Shown: positions 21,530 through 30,891, numbered from the whole stretch's first letter. The stretch is DNA of 63,913 bases, filler included, from Acidimicrobiia bacterium (GCA_041577335.1; 3 parts of 3 records of this genome joined end to end with filler, not necessarily neighbours in it); one strand, 5' to 3'. Notes: generated by a model not told the origin, from the letters alone. Numbers and translations are program-made.

Positions 21530-22275
21530 GCGGCCGAGAACTCGACGGGAAGGTTGCCCTCGTAACCGGAGCCGCACGCGGTATCGGCCTGGCAATTGCC
21601 CGTCAGCTTGCAACGGCGGGCGCCGCCGTAGCACTCAATGACATCTCCAAAGTGAGGCTTGAAGCGGCGGCAGCAAGTCTCGCCACCTCCCCGTTGGCTG
21701 TGCCGGCCGACGTGACCAATCGAGACGATGTGATTGAGATGGTGGCCGACGTTGCCGGCGCGTATGGCTCGGTAGATGTGCTGGTCAACAACGCCGGCAT
21801 TCTGCACCCAACCCGTTTGGTCGACATTCCAGAGGACGAGTGGGACGAGGTGATCGACGTGAATCTCAAAGGCACCTTTCTATGTTCGCAAGCAGTCGTG
21901 CCGCTCATGCGGGATAGGGGCTGGGGCCGAATCATCAACCTCTCCTCCACAGCGGGCAAGAGCATCAGCACGGTCGGCGGCGCCCACTACACGGCAGCCA
22001 AGGCCGGAATCCTCGGCCTGACTCGACACCTAGCCAGTGAGGTTGCCGGGGATGGAATCACCGTAAACGCCATCTGTCCCGGCCTGATCGATACCGAGAT
22101 GGTCCGCACGACGATCACGGCAGACCAGGCTGCGGCGTACGCCGCAAGTTTCCCGATCGCCAGGTTGGGGACACCTGACGAAGTGGCCAACGTGGCGACC
22201 TTCCTCGCATCGGAGCGAGCCGGCTACATAACTGGCGCTGCTTTGGACATCACCGGTGGGGACCTGATGATTTAG
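21526..22275 (+). CDS. Short-chain dehydrogenase/reductase (FabG-like)
   Basis: TGAARGIG, NNAG, YTAAK. Confidence 0.93.
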   Translation: MSGRELDGKVALVTGAARGIGLAIARQLATAGAAVALNDISKVRLEAAAASLATSPLAVPADVTNRDDVIEMVADVAGAYGSVDVLVNNAGILHPTRLVDIPEDEWDEVIDVNLKGTFLCSQAVVPLMRDRGWGRIINLSSTAGKSISTVGGAHYTAAKAGILGLTRHLASEVAGDGITVNAICPGLIDTEMVRTTITADQAAAYAASFPIARLGTPDEVANVATFLASERAGYITGAALDITGGDLMI

Positions 22276-22293
22276 CCGTGGAGCTCAACGATC

Positions 22294-22763
22294 GTGAAAA
22301 TCGCCGGCTTTGCTCACGCGTCAGGAACCGGATGGGGTTTCGTCGAAGGCGGCAACATCATACGTGCTGGCGACGGTGTCCAGCTGCTGGCTGCTCTGGC
22401 TGATCGCCCGCTAATGCGAGCCGCTCGGGCCGCGGCCGGAGTGTCGATCTCGCTGGACACGGTCCGGCTCCTTGCCCCGATCCCCAATCCACCCCAGTTC
22501 ATCGGTGTCGGAATGAACTACCGAGCCCACGCTGCCGAGGCAGGTATGGATATCCCGACGTCACCGGTCACATTCCCGTTCCACAACAGCGCGATCATCG
22601 GCCCGGACGCCTCCATCGAGATACCAGCGATCTCAGAGAAGATCGACTGGGAGGTCGAGCTCGCGATCGTGATCGGGTCAGGGGAAGAGACATTCCATTA
22701 GAAACCGCAATCGATCACGTTGCCGGCTACACCATCGTGAGCGATGTTTCGGCGCGCGACGTC
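22294..22763 (+). pseudogene. Fumarylacetoacetate hydrolase-family gene, frameshifted and truncated
   Basis: IGVGMNYRAHAAE...IDWEVELAIVIG; after a frameshift near 22681-22686 it continues RDIPLETAIDHVAGYTIVSDVSARDV, then family similarity stops. Confidence 0.8.
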
Positions 22764-22982
22764 GGACTGGCGAATACTCTCCTGAACGAACTCGAGATGT
22801 CGCCGACCAACTCGGCGATCGTGTCGTTGCCGCTTGCCGAAGACTTCGACCGGAACCGGCTCAGCGATCTCGCCGTTGCTTATCGCGCCGGCCGCCTCCG
22901 GGTCGGCTTCCATCTCTACAACACGTTGGACGACGTCGCCGCGGTGGTCGCCGCGGTCAGTGGAGCGGTGTTGCATACCTAG
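22764..22982 (+). pseudogene. C-terminal remnant of a class V aminotransferase/cysteine desulfurase-like gene fused to the FAH remnant
   Basis: SAIVSL...RAGRLRVGFHLYNTLDDV, typical of the class V PLP enzyme C-terminus; no N-terminal part. Confidence 0.7.
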
Positions 22983-23364
22983 CGACCGCGTGCGGTGGGT
23001 GAAGCGGCGGTTCGACGGATTGACTCGTGTAGTGGTGGCACCGATGGACAAGGGCGCGGTGGTTTTTATCTCGCAGACTGGCGAGGGGTTCCTGATCGTC
23101 GGTCGGCAACACCACGCCCGCTCGGCCGCGCCGCGCTAGTGGCCGAGCGGGCGAGTCCGTTCCCTGTTCAGCGTTGTCACTCCTTCGAGAGAACAACGTG
23201 ATGAAACGGGGCCACAGTGTCATGCACGCACGGTACCCGAGGTGCACCAAACGCGCCCGAGTTCGGGTGACGAGGGTGGTTCGATTACCGAAGCCGATAG
23301 ACCGAGCGCCCGTTGGCAGGGCGAATGGCCGGCGGACACGCTGGCCCTGGCCCAGCCGGCGCTC

Positions 23365-23616
23365 ATGTCACTTCCCGATGGTGTTGTCACGTTCCCGTTC
23401 ACCGATGTGGAGGGGAGCACCCGGCTGTGGCAGGACTTGCCTGACGTGATGATGCGGGCTTTGGAGCAGCACGACGGGGTCATCGATGCTGCGGTGGAGG
23501 CGTGTTGCCGAGATGCAGACTGGGATGCCGCAGGTGGAGTGGGTGACTCCTCGCTCGGTCCGGGTCCGAATGGCGTTGCATACTGCGGCGGGTCCCTGGT
23601 TAGGCTCGAATCGTGA
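23365..23616 (+). pseudogene. Adenylate/guanylate cyclase-domain remnant
   Basis: MSLPDGVVTFPFTDVEGSTRLW...MRALEQHD, with VRVRMALHT in a different frame; internal deletion and frameshift. Confidence 0.75.
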
Positions 23617-23718
23617 AGCGCCTCCTCATAATGCGCCACGGCAAGTCGGACTGGTCGACGGGGCGTCCCGACCATGACCGACCTCTCAATGCACGGGGCA
23701 GTGCCGCCGCAGCTGCGA

Positions 23719-23818
23719 NNNNNNNNNNNNNNNNNNNNNNNNNNNNNNNNNNNNNNNNNNNNTTAATTAATTAANNNNNNNNNNNNNNNNNNNNNNNNNN
23801 NNNNNNNNNNNNNNNNNN
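23719..23818. other. Artificial contig spacer
   Basis: 44 N + TTAATTAATTAA (stops in all frames) + 44 N. Confidence 0.97.
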
Positions 23819-23875
23819 CCTGCGGTATCCCCGCCAGGCTCGATCTTCGGTCGCGTTCAGCCATCTCGACGTCAT
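23819..23875 (-). CDS. MarR-family regulator, N-terminus only (cut by the contig end)
   Basis: MTSRWLNATEDRAWRGYRR resembles actinobacterial MarR N-termini; divergent from the YczE gene. Confidence 0.6.
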
Positions 23876-23899
23876 GGATCACACGCTACCAGAAAGATG

Positions 23900-23937
23900 T
23901 TGACACGTCATGTAAATGTTATATGATGCGTCATGTA
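23900..23937 (+). promoter_or_regulatory. Sigma70-type promoter overlapped by two near-palindromic operators
   Basis: TTGACA (23900-23905) and TATGAT (23922-23927); repeated TGAYRCGTCATGTA at 23901 and 23924. Confidence 0.65.
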
Positions 23938-23950
23938 CCAGAGGGGATCC

Positions 23951-24613
23951 ATGACCGCGAACCGCATCGACATCCCGAACAGGCTTTTCCGCCTCGCGCT
24001 CGGCCTGGTCCTCTTTGGCGTGAGCATCGCCCTCATGCTCGCCGCCGGTCTCGGTGTGGACTCGTGGGACGTGTTTCACCAAGGCGTTGCCCTCCTGACG
24101 AACAGGTCGTTCGGGCTGGTGGCCGTGGCCACAAGCCTGGGCGTGCTCTTGCTATGGGTCCCCCTCCGGCAACGTACGGGGCTGGGCACCGTGGCGAATG
24201 CGCTCGTTGTGGGCCCGGTCGTCGATATCACCCTCAGATACCTGGCTACGCCGGATCAAATGACAGGGCGGATCGCGCTGCTCGTCTTGGGTGTTGTGCT
24301 GAACGGCGTGGCTACCGGCCTCTACATCGGGGCGGGCTTGGGCCCGGGACCGCGGGATGGGCTGATGACCGGCCTTGCCAGCCGCACCGGCAGATCGATC
24401 GGCGCGGTGAGAACTGCCATCGAGGTGTCGGTTCTCGCCATCGGCTGGGCTTTGGGTGGTCCGGTCGGGTTCGGAACCGTCCTCTTCGCCGTCTCGATCG
24501 GTCCGCTCACTCAGTTTTTCCTCGCTCGCCTCACTCTCGGAGAGGCAGAGGTATCGACCACGTCCGAACCGTCCCCCGAACACGTGGGACCCACCTTGGA
24601 GGTATGCACATGA
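23951..24613 (+). CDS. YczE/YyaS (YitT-like) membrane protein
   Basis: AGLGVDSWDVFHQG, GLGTVAN, GLGPGPRDGLMTG, VGFGTV. Confidence 0.88.
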   Translation: MTANRIDIPNRLFRLALGLVLFGVSIALMLAAGLGVDSWDVFHQGVALLTNRSFGLVAVATSLGVLLLWVPLRQRTGLGTVANALVVGPVVDITLRYLATPDQMTGRIALLVLGVVLNGVATGLYIGAGLGPGPRDGLMTGLASRTGRSIGAVRTAIEVSVLAIGWALGGPVGFGTVLFAVSIGPLTQFFLARLTLGEAEVSTTSEPSPEHVGPTLEVCT

Positions 24614-25215
24614 CCGATCGACCCTTGAACATCTTGGCCATCCCCGGCAGCTTGCGAAAGGAGTCCTACAACAAGTCCCTTCTCAGAGCCGCGGCCGAAG
24701 TCGCCCCGCCAACCGTGGAGGTGACCGTGTTCGAGAATCTCGATCTCGTGCCGGTCTTCAACGAAGACCTCGAGCAGTCGCATCGGCTCCCTGAGGGCGT
24801 GACACTGCTCCACCAAGCCGTTGCCGCCTCGGACGGAGTGATCATCGCCACTCCCGAGTACAACCAATCCGTGCCGGGCGCCGTCAAGAACATGATCGAT
24901 TGGCTCTCACGTTCTGAACCAGGGGACGGGCTGGGTGGCCGGCCAACCGCGGTGCTCGGCGCGACGACCGGGCCGTGGGGCACACGAATCGCGCAAACGT
25001 CTCTACGCCAGATGCTGGCGTCGGCGGGAGCGCCGGTCATGCCCCAGCCGACCATGTTCGTGGCGCGTGCCGCATCCCTCTTCGATGCTGACGGCTATTT
25101 GGTCGATCCCGAAACACGCGATCGACTGGCCCGTCTGGTCGGTTCCTTTGGTGAGTGGGTCGCCCGGATACGAGCTCCGCTCTTGGTCGACGGTATCGCC
25201 GATCTGGCCCGGTGA
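24610..25215 (+). CDS. NADPH-dependent FMN reductase
   Basis: GSLRKESYN, TPEYNQSVPGAVKNMIDWLS; ATGA overlap. Confidence 0.93.
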   Translation: MTDRPLNILAIPGSLRKESYNKSLLRAAAEVAPPTVEVTVFENLDLVPVFNEDLEQSHRLPEGVTLLHQAVAASDGVIIATPEYNQSVPGAVKNMIDWLSRSEPGDGLGGRPTAVLGATTGPWGTRIAQTSLRQMLASAGAPVMPQPTMFVARAASLFDADGYLVDPETRDRLARLVGSFGEWVARIRAPLLVDGIADLAR

Positions 25216-25239
25216 GCGTCCTTCACCGTCGGAGGCCTG

Positions 25240-25830
25240 CTATTGCGGAGCTTCCACCTTCAGGCCGAAGCTGCCGATCGTGTAGCCGGCGCTCTTCAAC
25301 GCTTTGGTGCCCTGGCTGTTGACGATCACCATGACGACCAGCCCCACCAGAGGAACGAAGAGCGCCAATCCAGACAGCACTCTGACGACCATAGCCTTGC
25401 CAAGGCCGCCCTGGATCTTGCCCATGCCGATGAGCGCCAAGACCAAGACGGCGAGAGCGCCGACCAAGATGCCCAAGCCCAATGCGAGCGCAAGAGCGCC
25501 GTCGAGCGGGAGGAAGTTGACGACCACCAGCAAGAGGTAGAGAGCGACGGCCCCGTTCAAGATCTTCATTCCGGTGGCGACACTGCCGAGGTTCTCGGCC
25601 GAGTCGCCCGGGGTGGCGACCAAGGCCTCGCGATCAAACGTGGCGGCTTCGGCTGCGGGGGGAGCGGTTCCGGGCACCGGCGGCGGAGGAGGAGGTGGTG
25701 GAGACGATGGCGGCGCCTCATGCGTGGCGAGCGCCGAGAAGGTCGCTGGCTCGCGTGCCCCCGGTTTAGCTGCTTCCTCAGTCAGAACCGGCGGCTTCCA
25801 GTTCGGATCGAACGGATCCCCAACGTCCAT
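25240..25830 (-). CDS. Hypothetical membrane protein with Pro-rich N-terminus
   Basis: Pro-rich region followed by about 3-4 hydrophobic helices; GGAG RBS upstream. Confidence 0.65.
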   Translation of the reverse strand: MDVGDPFDPNWKPPVLTEEAAKPGAREPATFSALATHEAPPSSPPPPPPPPVPGTAPPAAEAATFDREALVATPGDSAENLGSVATGMKILNGAVALYLLLVVVNFLPLDGALALALGLGILVGALAVLVLALIGMGKIQGGLGKAMVVRVLSGLALFVPLVGLVVMVIVNSQGTKALKSAGYTIGSFGLKVEAPQ

Positions 25831-25960
25831 GTGTCCATCTCCCCTGGTCGCGTCACTCGTGGCCGCAGCCCCGGCAAGCACTGCGAACCATCTCCCACTT
25901 CATCGGCAGGAAGAGGAGCCAACTGAAGCCGCGGGGGCGTCAGGGCTAGCGGAGGGTTGG

Positions 25961-26362
25961 TCAGCCCACCGAGCTGATCTCGAACAAGTGCCCGTCGGGG
26001 TCCCGGAAGAACGCCCGCACTTCCGAGGCGTGGTCGACGGGCGGGGTCAGGAACTCTGCGCCACGGGCTTTGAGGATCTCGTAGGAAGCCATGCAGTCGT
26101 CAACTCGGATGGTGAACGACACACTCACCCGGTCAGGGTCGGTAGGCGGCGCAAAGGTGATCGTGGGTTTGTCCTCAGTAGGTTCCCCACCGGTGACGAC
26201 CAACAGCCAGGCGGCATTGAACTGAAACACTGCCGACGAGCCGCCGTACTCCCGGTACAGATCAGCCCCCAGCACATCCCGATACCAGGGAACCGACTTC
26301 TCGAGATCACTCACCACGAGAATCGTCGTGAGTGCCATGCCAGGGGTAGGAAACTCAGCCAT
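25961..26362 (-). CDS. VOC/glyoxalase family protein
   Basis: LVVSDLEKSVPWYRDVLG...FFRDPDGHLFEI. Confidence 0.9.
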   Translation of the reverse strand: MAEFPTPGMALTTILVVSDLEKSVPWYRDVLGADLYREYGGSSAVFQFNAAWLLVVTGGEPTEDKPTITFAPPTDPDRVSVSFTIRVDDCMASYEILKARGAEFLTPPVDHASEVRAFFRDPDGHLFEISSVG

Positions 26363-26552
26363 GAGCCGCAACCTACACGCCGGCGGCCGACGGGTGGGTC
26401 GCCTATCAGAGCCGGTTTCGATGCGCGCTCCGGGTCACTGATTCCCCGGGACGCCTCGGATGCGGTGCCTCCGAGGAAAGTCGCGCCAGGCCCAGGCATT
26501 GACGGGCGAGAGCGTGGCCTCGAGCTCGGAAATCCCCGCCAACGCAGCCCCC

Positions 26553-26920
26553 ACCCCCCTACCCCCACCTGCTCTCCGAGCAGCCGGCGGTACCTTCCCC
26601 CCGCCTCCCCGGCGGGGGGACTATTGCACCACTAATCGCTCCCTAACCATCCATCCGCCCGCCGCGCCATAGCCCCCCGAGCTCCGCTGAGGGCGGAGAA
26701 CACACCGCCGCAGACGCGCCGCGCAAAGCCCCCCAGCTCCGCTGGGGGGAAGGTACCGCTGACCGCCCAAAAGGCGGGCTGGGGTAGGGGGGCCGGTTCA
26801 GCAACAACGCCGGCGAGCAGCGGATGCGCGCAATAGTCCCCCCAGCTCCGCTGGGGGGAAGGTACCGCTGACCGCCCAATGGGCGGGCAGGGGTAGGGGG
26901 GCCCGTGCAGCAACAACGCG
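26553..26920. repeat. Cluster of about 90-bp two-hairpin REP/MITE-like repeats (2 direct copies, 1 inverted, 1 partial)
   Basis: Consensus GCAA(TA)G(T)CCCCCC-hairpin-GGGGGGAAGGTACCGC-hairpin-GGGGTAGGGGGG at about 26721-26810 (+), 26828-26920 (+) and 26553-26627 (-); partial copy at about 26664-26695. Confidence 0.85.
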
Positions 26921-27095
26921 TCCGCGCGCCGCCTCGCGAAAAGCGAAAAGGCCTCCGCGAAAACCAACCACGTCCTCGGTTTTCGCGACCCACCGAGCCT
27001 GTCGTACAGTGCCGTCACTTCCCCACGCCGACCCTGTCGGCACGACCAAACCGGTGGTCCCGCGCACAGGCGCGCTAGTCACCGCAGGTGCGCGA

Positions 27096-27211
27096 ACCAC
27101 TACATATGGTGGCCGCACAATGGTCATTGACAACTCACAGACGTGTAATTACAGTGCCGTCATACACCCAAGATATCGCGGTCAGCCAGCAGTAGACCAC
27201 AATATCTTGTG
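27096..27211 (+). promoter_or_regulatory. nrdJ promoter with three NrdR boxes
   Basis: TTGACA (27127)-17 bp-TACAGT (27150); boxes ACCACTACATATGGTG (27096), CACCCAAGATATCGCG (27165) and ACCACAATATCTTGTG (27196), the last two 31 bp apart. Confidence 0.85.
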
Positions 27212-27389
27212 GTGCGACCGGTTTTCCGGAGAAGTCCGCGCAGGCGTTTCTCCACCCGGTCGGGAGGTAAGAGACACGCCCCTAACGGAGTATCCGGTAG
27301 GGGCGGTCCGGTCTCGGGAGACGGGTTTCCGTGGGGGATGCCGCTCTGAGACCGGGCCTGTGGCGGAGAAGATGAGAGAGGTATTGCTT

Positions 27390-30300
27390 ATGGAGGGATT
27401 GCGGATTACCCGCCGGTTCACGAATGCCGGCCGGGACCCGTACGAGACGATCGAGTGGAGCCTTCGTGACTCCCGCATCACCAACCCGGACGGGTCGGTG
27501 GTGTTCGAGATGAACGATGCCGAGATTCCGGCTGACTGGTCGCAAGTCGCCGGGGACATCATGGTCTCGAAGTATTTCCGCAAGGCCGGGGTGCCTCAGC
27601 GTGACGATGCCGGCGAGCCCATCATCGACGATCAGGGCCATCCGGTCACCGGGCCCGAGCAGTCCGCCAAGGATGTCTTCAACCGTCTCGCCGAGACGTG
27701 GCGCACGTGGGGCGAGAACAACCGCTACTTCTCCACCTCCGAAGACGCCCAGGCGTTCGAAGACGAAATGAAGTACATGCTGGCCACTCAGATGGCGGCG
27801 CCGAACAGCCCCCAGTGGTTCAATACCGGTCTCTTCAACAACTACGGCATCGAAGGCCCGTCGCAGGGCTTCTGGTATGTCGATGAGGTCACTGGCGAGC
27901 TCCTCCCCTCGCCTGACTCCTACTCTCGTCCCGCTCCGCACGCTTGTTTCATCCAGTCCGTTTCCGACGACCTCGTCAACGAGGGCGGCATCATGGACCT
28001 GTGGACCCGTGAGGCCCGCCTGTTCAAGTTCGGGTCGGGCACCGGCACCAACTTCTCCACCATCCGCTCCGAGAACGAGCAGCTGTCCGGTGGCGGCAAG
28101 TCCTCGGGCGTCATGTCGTTCCTGAAGATCGGCGACCGGGCGGCCGGCGCCATCAAGTCGGGTGGCACCACCCGCCGGGCAGCCAAGATGGTCATCTTGG
28201 ACATCGACCATCCCGACATCGAAGAGTTCATCAACTGGAAGAAGGTCGAAGAGGAGAAAGCCAAGATCCTCATCGAGCATGGCGGCTTCCCCGCCGACTT
28301 CAACGGTGAGGCCTACGCCACGGTGTCGGGGCAGAACTCCAACAACTCGGTGCGGGTCACCAACGAGTTCATTCAGGCCGTTGCCGAAGACGGCGACTGG
28401 GACCTCCTCAACCGCAAGGACGGCTCGGTCCGCAAGACGGTGAAGGCTCGTGACCTGTGGCGACAGATTGCCGAGGCGGCCTGGGCGTGCGCCGATCCGG
28501 GCATGCAGTACCACACCACCATCAACGAGTGGCACACGTCACCGGCCGGTGGCCAGATCCGTGGCTCCAACCCGTGCTCGGAGTACATGTTCTTGGACAA
28601 CACTGCCTGCAACCTGGCCAGCCTCAACCTGGTGAAGTTCTACGACGACGCCACCGGCCAGTTCAGCCTCGACGACTACCGCCACGCCGTCCGGCTGTGG
28701 ACCATCGTCCTGGAGATCTCGGTGACCATGGCGCATTTCCCTTCGAAGGAGATCGCCCAGGGCTCGTTCGACTACCGCACCCTCGGTCTCGGCTACGCCA
28801 ACCTGGGTTCGCTGCTCATGCGCACCGGTATCCCCTACGACTCCGACGAGGGTAGGGCCATTGCCGGGGCGTTGACCGCCATCCTCACCGGCTACTCGTA
28901 TGCCACGTCGGCAGAGATCGCCGCCACCACCATCGGGCCGTTCCCGCGCTACGAGGAGAACCGCGACAACATGCTGCGGGTGATGCGCAACCATCGCCGC
29001 GCTGCCTACAACCGGGATGACTTCGAAGGCGTCAACCATCATGTGATGACCATCGACCCAGAGCTGGCACCGGCCGACCTGCTCGAAGCAGCTCAACAAG
29101 CGTGGGACCTGGCCGTGGACCGGGGCGAACGCCACGGCTTCCGCAACGCCCAGGTGTCGGTGCTGGCCCCGACGGGGACCATCGGCCTGCTCATGGACTG
29201 TGACACCACCGGTGTGGAGCCCGACTTTGCGTTGGTGAAGTTCAAGAAGCTGGCCGGCGGCGGCTATTTCAAGATCGTCAACCAGTCGGTCAATCCGGCC
29301 CTGCGCCACCTCGGCTACACCGAAAGCCAGATCGAGGACATCGACGACTACGTCGTCGGATCGATGACCCTGTTGGGCGCCCCGGGCGTCGACCGGGTCG
29401 CCCTCACCGAGAAGGGTTTCACCGCCGAGGAGATCGGCAAGATCGAGTCGGCCCTGCCGGGTGTTTTCGATCTGAAGCACGCCGTCAACGTGTTCGTGAT
29501 CGGCGAAGAAGCCTTGCAGCGTCTCGGGTTCACCGTCGAGGAGTACACAAGCTGGGAGTTCGACCTGCTCAAGGCGTTGGGCTTCACCAACCAGGAGATC
29601 GCCGAGGCCAACGACTGGATCTGCGGTCGCCAGACCATCGAAGGAGCTCCGCATCTGGCCGACGAGCATCTGCCGGTGTTCGACTGCGCCAACCGCAACG
29701 GCAAGTACGGGACCCGTTTCATTCATCACACCGGTCACATCAAAATGATGGCGGCCGCGCAGCCGTTCATCTCGGGGGCGATCTCCAAGACGATCAACAT
29801 GCCTCACGAGGTGACCACCGACGAGGTCGAAGAGGCCTACCTCATGAGCTGGGAGCTGGGCATCAAGGCAATGGCCCTCTACCGGGATGGATCCAAGGCA
29901 AGCCAGCCGCTGTCGGCCAGTTCCGACGACGGCGATTCGGAGGAGATGGACGATGCGCTCGTGGATGCGCTCGACAAAGAACAGGCGCTGGCGTGGGGGC
30001 AGATCCCAGCCGGCATGTCCCCCACCCAGGCATATGCGGCCGGCATGCGTCCACCACGGTTCATGCTCCCCGGTCGGCGGGCCGGCTTCAACCAGGAAGC
30101 CCGGATCGGCGGTCACAAGGTGTTCTTGCGGACCGGCGAGTACGAGGATGGAACGCTCGGTGAGATCTTCATCGACCTCGCCAAAGAAGGCGCCACCCTC
30201 AAGGGCATTCTTTCTTGCTTTGCGATTGCGGTGAGCAAGGGCCTCCAGTACGGCGTGCCGTTGGAGGAGTTCGTGGACACGTTCACGTTCCAGACGTTCG

Positions 30301-30824
30301 AGCCCCGCGGCATGGTGGAGGGTCATCCCAACATCAAACTGTCGAACTCGATCGTCGACTACGTGTTCCGGGCGCTCGGAGTCGAGTACCTGGAGCGTGA
30401 CGACCTGGTGCAGGTGCCTCCGAACCGTGAGATCGGTGCGCTGCCGGAGCCGCCTTCGGGCATGGCCGTCGAGGCTGGCTACCAGCTCGACCTGACCGAC
30501 GCGTCAGCCGAACGTGACGTCGAGGCCATGCAAGAAGCCGCCGCGATCGCCGATTCCGAGATCTCGGTGGCAGCGAAGCCGAGCAACGGTGTGCCATCGA
30601 ACGGCCCCGGTGCGATGGCTTCCGGCAGCCACAGTTCCAACGGAACGGCCGGAGCGGCGGCAGGCGCCGCCACGGCAGTAGCCGCCAAAACCGATATGGC
30701 CGACATAGCCCTGAGCGAAGCCATGGGCGACGCCCCAGTGTGCAGCAACTGCGGCCACATGACGGTGAGAAACGGCAGCTGCTACGTCTGCCTGACCTGC
30801 GGCGACACGACGGGATGTTCCTAA
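27390..30824 (+). CDS. nrdJ: Adenosylcobalamin-dependent (class II) ribonucleotide reductase
   Basis: PNSPQWFNTG, ACFI, SGGTTRRAAKM, NPCSE (thiyl radical Cys), APTGTI, TSCPD-like domain, C-terminal CxxC...CxxC...GCS; ATG at 27390 after GAGAGG. Confidence 0.97.
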   Translation: MEGLRITRRFTNAGRDPYETIEWSLRDSRITNPDGSVVFEMNDAEIPADWSQVAGDIMVSKYFRKAGVPQRDDAGEPIIDDQGHPVTGPEQSAKDVFNRLAETWRTWGENNRYFSTSEDAQAFEDEMKYMLATQMAAPNSPQWFNTGLFNNYGIEGPSQGFWYVDEVTGELLPSPDSYSRPAPHACFIQSVSDDLVNEGGIMDLWTREARLFKFGSGTGTNFSTIRSENEQLSGGGKSSGVMSFLKIGDRAAGAIKSGGTTRRAAKMVILDIDHPDIEEFINWKKVEEEKAKILIEHGGFPADFNGEAYATVSGQNSNNSVRVTNEFIQAVAEDGDWDLLNRKDGSVRKTVKARDLWRQIAEAAWACADPGMQYHTTINEWHTSPAGGQIRGSNPCSEYMFLDNTACNLASLNLVKFYDDATGQFSLDDYRHAVRLWTIVLEISVTMAHFPSKEIAQGSFDYRTLGLGYANLGSLLMRTGIPYDSDEGRAIAGALTAILTGYSYATSAEIAATTIGPFPRYEENRDNMLRVMRNHRRAAYNRDDFEGVNHHVMTIDPELAPADLLEAAQQAWDLAVDRGERHGFRNAQVSVLAPTGTIGLLMDCDTTGVEPDFALVKFKKLAGGGYFKIVNQSVNPALRHLGYTESQIEDIDDYVVGSMTLLGAPGVDRVALTEKGFTAEEIGKIESALPGVFDLKHAVNVFVIGEEALQRLGFTVEEYTSWEFDLLKALGFTNQEIAEANDWICGRQTIEGAPHLADEHLPVFDCANRNGKYGTRFIHHTGHIKMMAAAQPFISGAISKTINMPHEVTTDEVEEAYLMSWELGIKAMALYRDGSKASQPLSASSDDGDSEEMDDALVDALDKEQALAWGQIPAGMSPTQAYAAGMRPPRFMLPGRRAGFNQEARIGGHKVFLRTGEYEDGTLGEIFIDLAKEGATLKGILSCFAIAVSKGLQYGVPLEEFVDTFTFQTFEPRGMVEGHPNIKLSNSIVDYVFRALGVEYLERDDLVQVPPNREIGALPEPPSGMAVEAGYQLDLTDASAERDVEAMQEAAAIADSEISVAAKPSNGVPSNGPGAMASGSHSSNGTAGAAAGAATAVAAKTDMADIALSEAMGDAPVCSNCGHMTVRNGSCYVCLTCGDTTGCS

Positions 30825-30843
30825 GTACCTGCCGGTACGGATA

Positions 30844-30879
30844 ACGAGAGAAAGGGGCCTCACGGCCTCTTTCTCTCGT
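30844..30879 (+). terminator. Intrinsic terminator of nrdJ
   Basis: ACGAGAGAAAGGGGCC-TCAC-GGCCTCTTTCTCTCGT hairpin. Confidence 0.85.
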
Positions 30880-30891
30880 GCAATGCCAACC

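Noticed and set aside
23719..23818. TTAATTAATTAA palindrome inside N runs (also 47394-47493)
   Set aside because: Identical synthetic all-frame-stop linker used to concatenate contigs; not biological
26553..26920. CRISPR array
   Set aside because: Units are about 90 bp in mixed orientation with no regular unique spacers, and there are no cas genes
27212..27389. Cobalamin riboswitch upstream of nrdJ
   Set aside because: Could not find the conserved GGGAA, GCCACTG or B12-box elements; kept only as an unknown structured leader
27009..27389. 127-aa N-terminal extension of NrdJ in the ORF track
   Set aside because: It spans the promoter and NrdR boxes; the RBS and family similarity begin at ATG 27390
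27390..30824. Intein or intron in nrdJ
   Set aside because: Catalytic motifs are contiguous; no intein splice motifs or LAGLIDADG blocks seen
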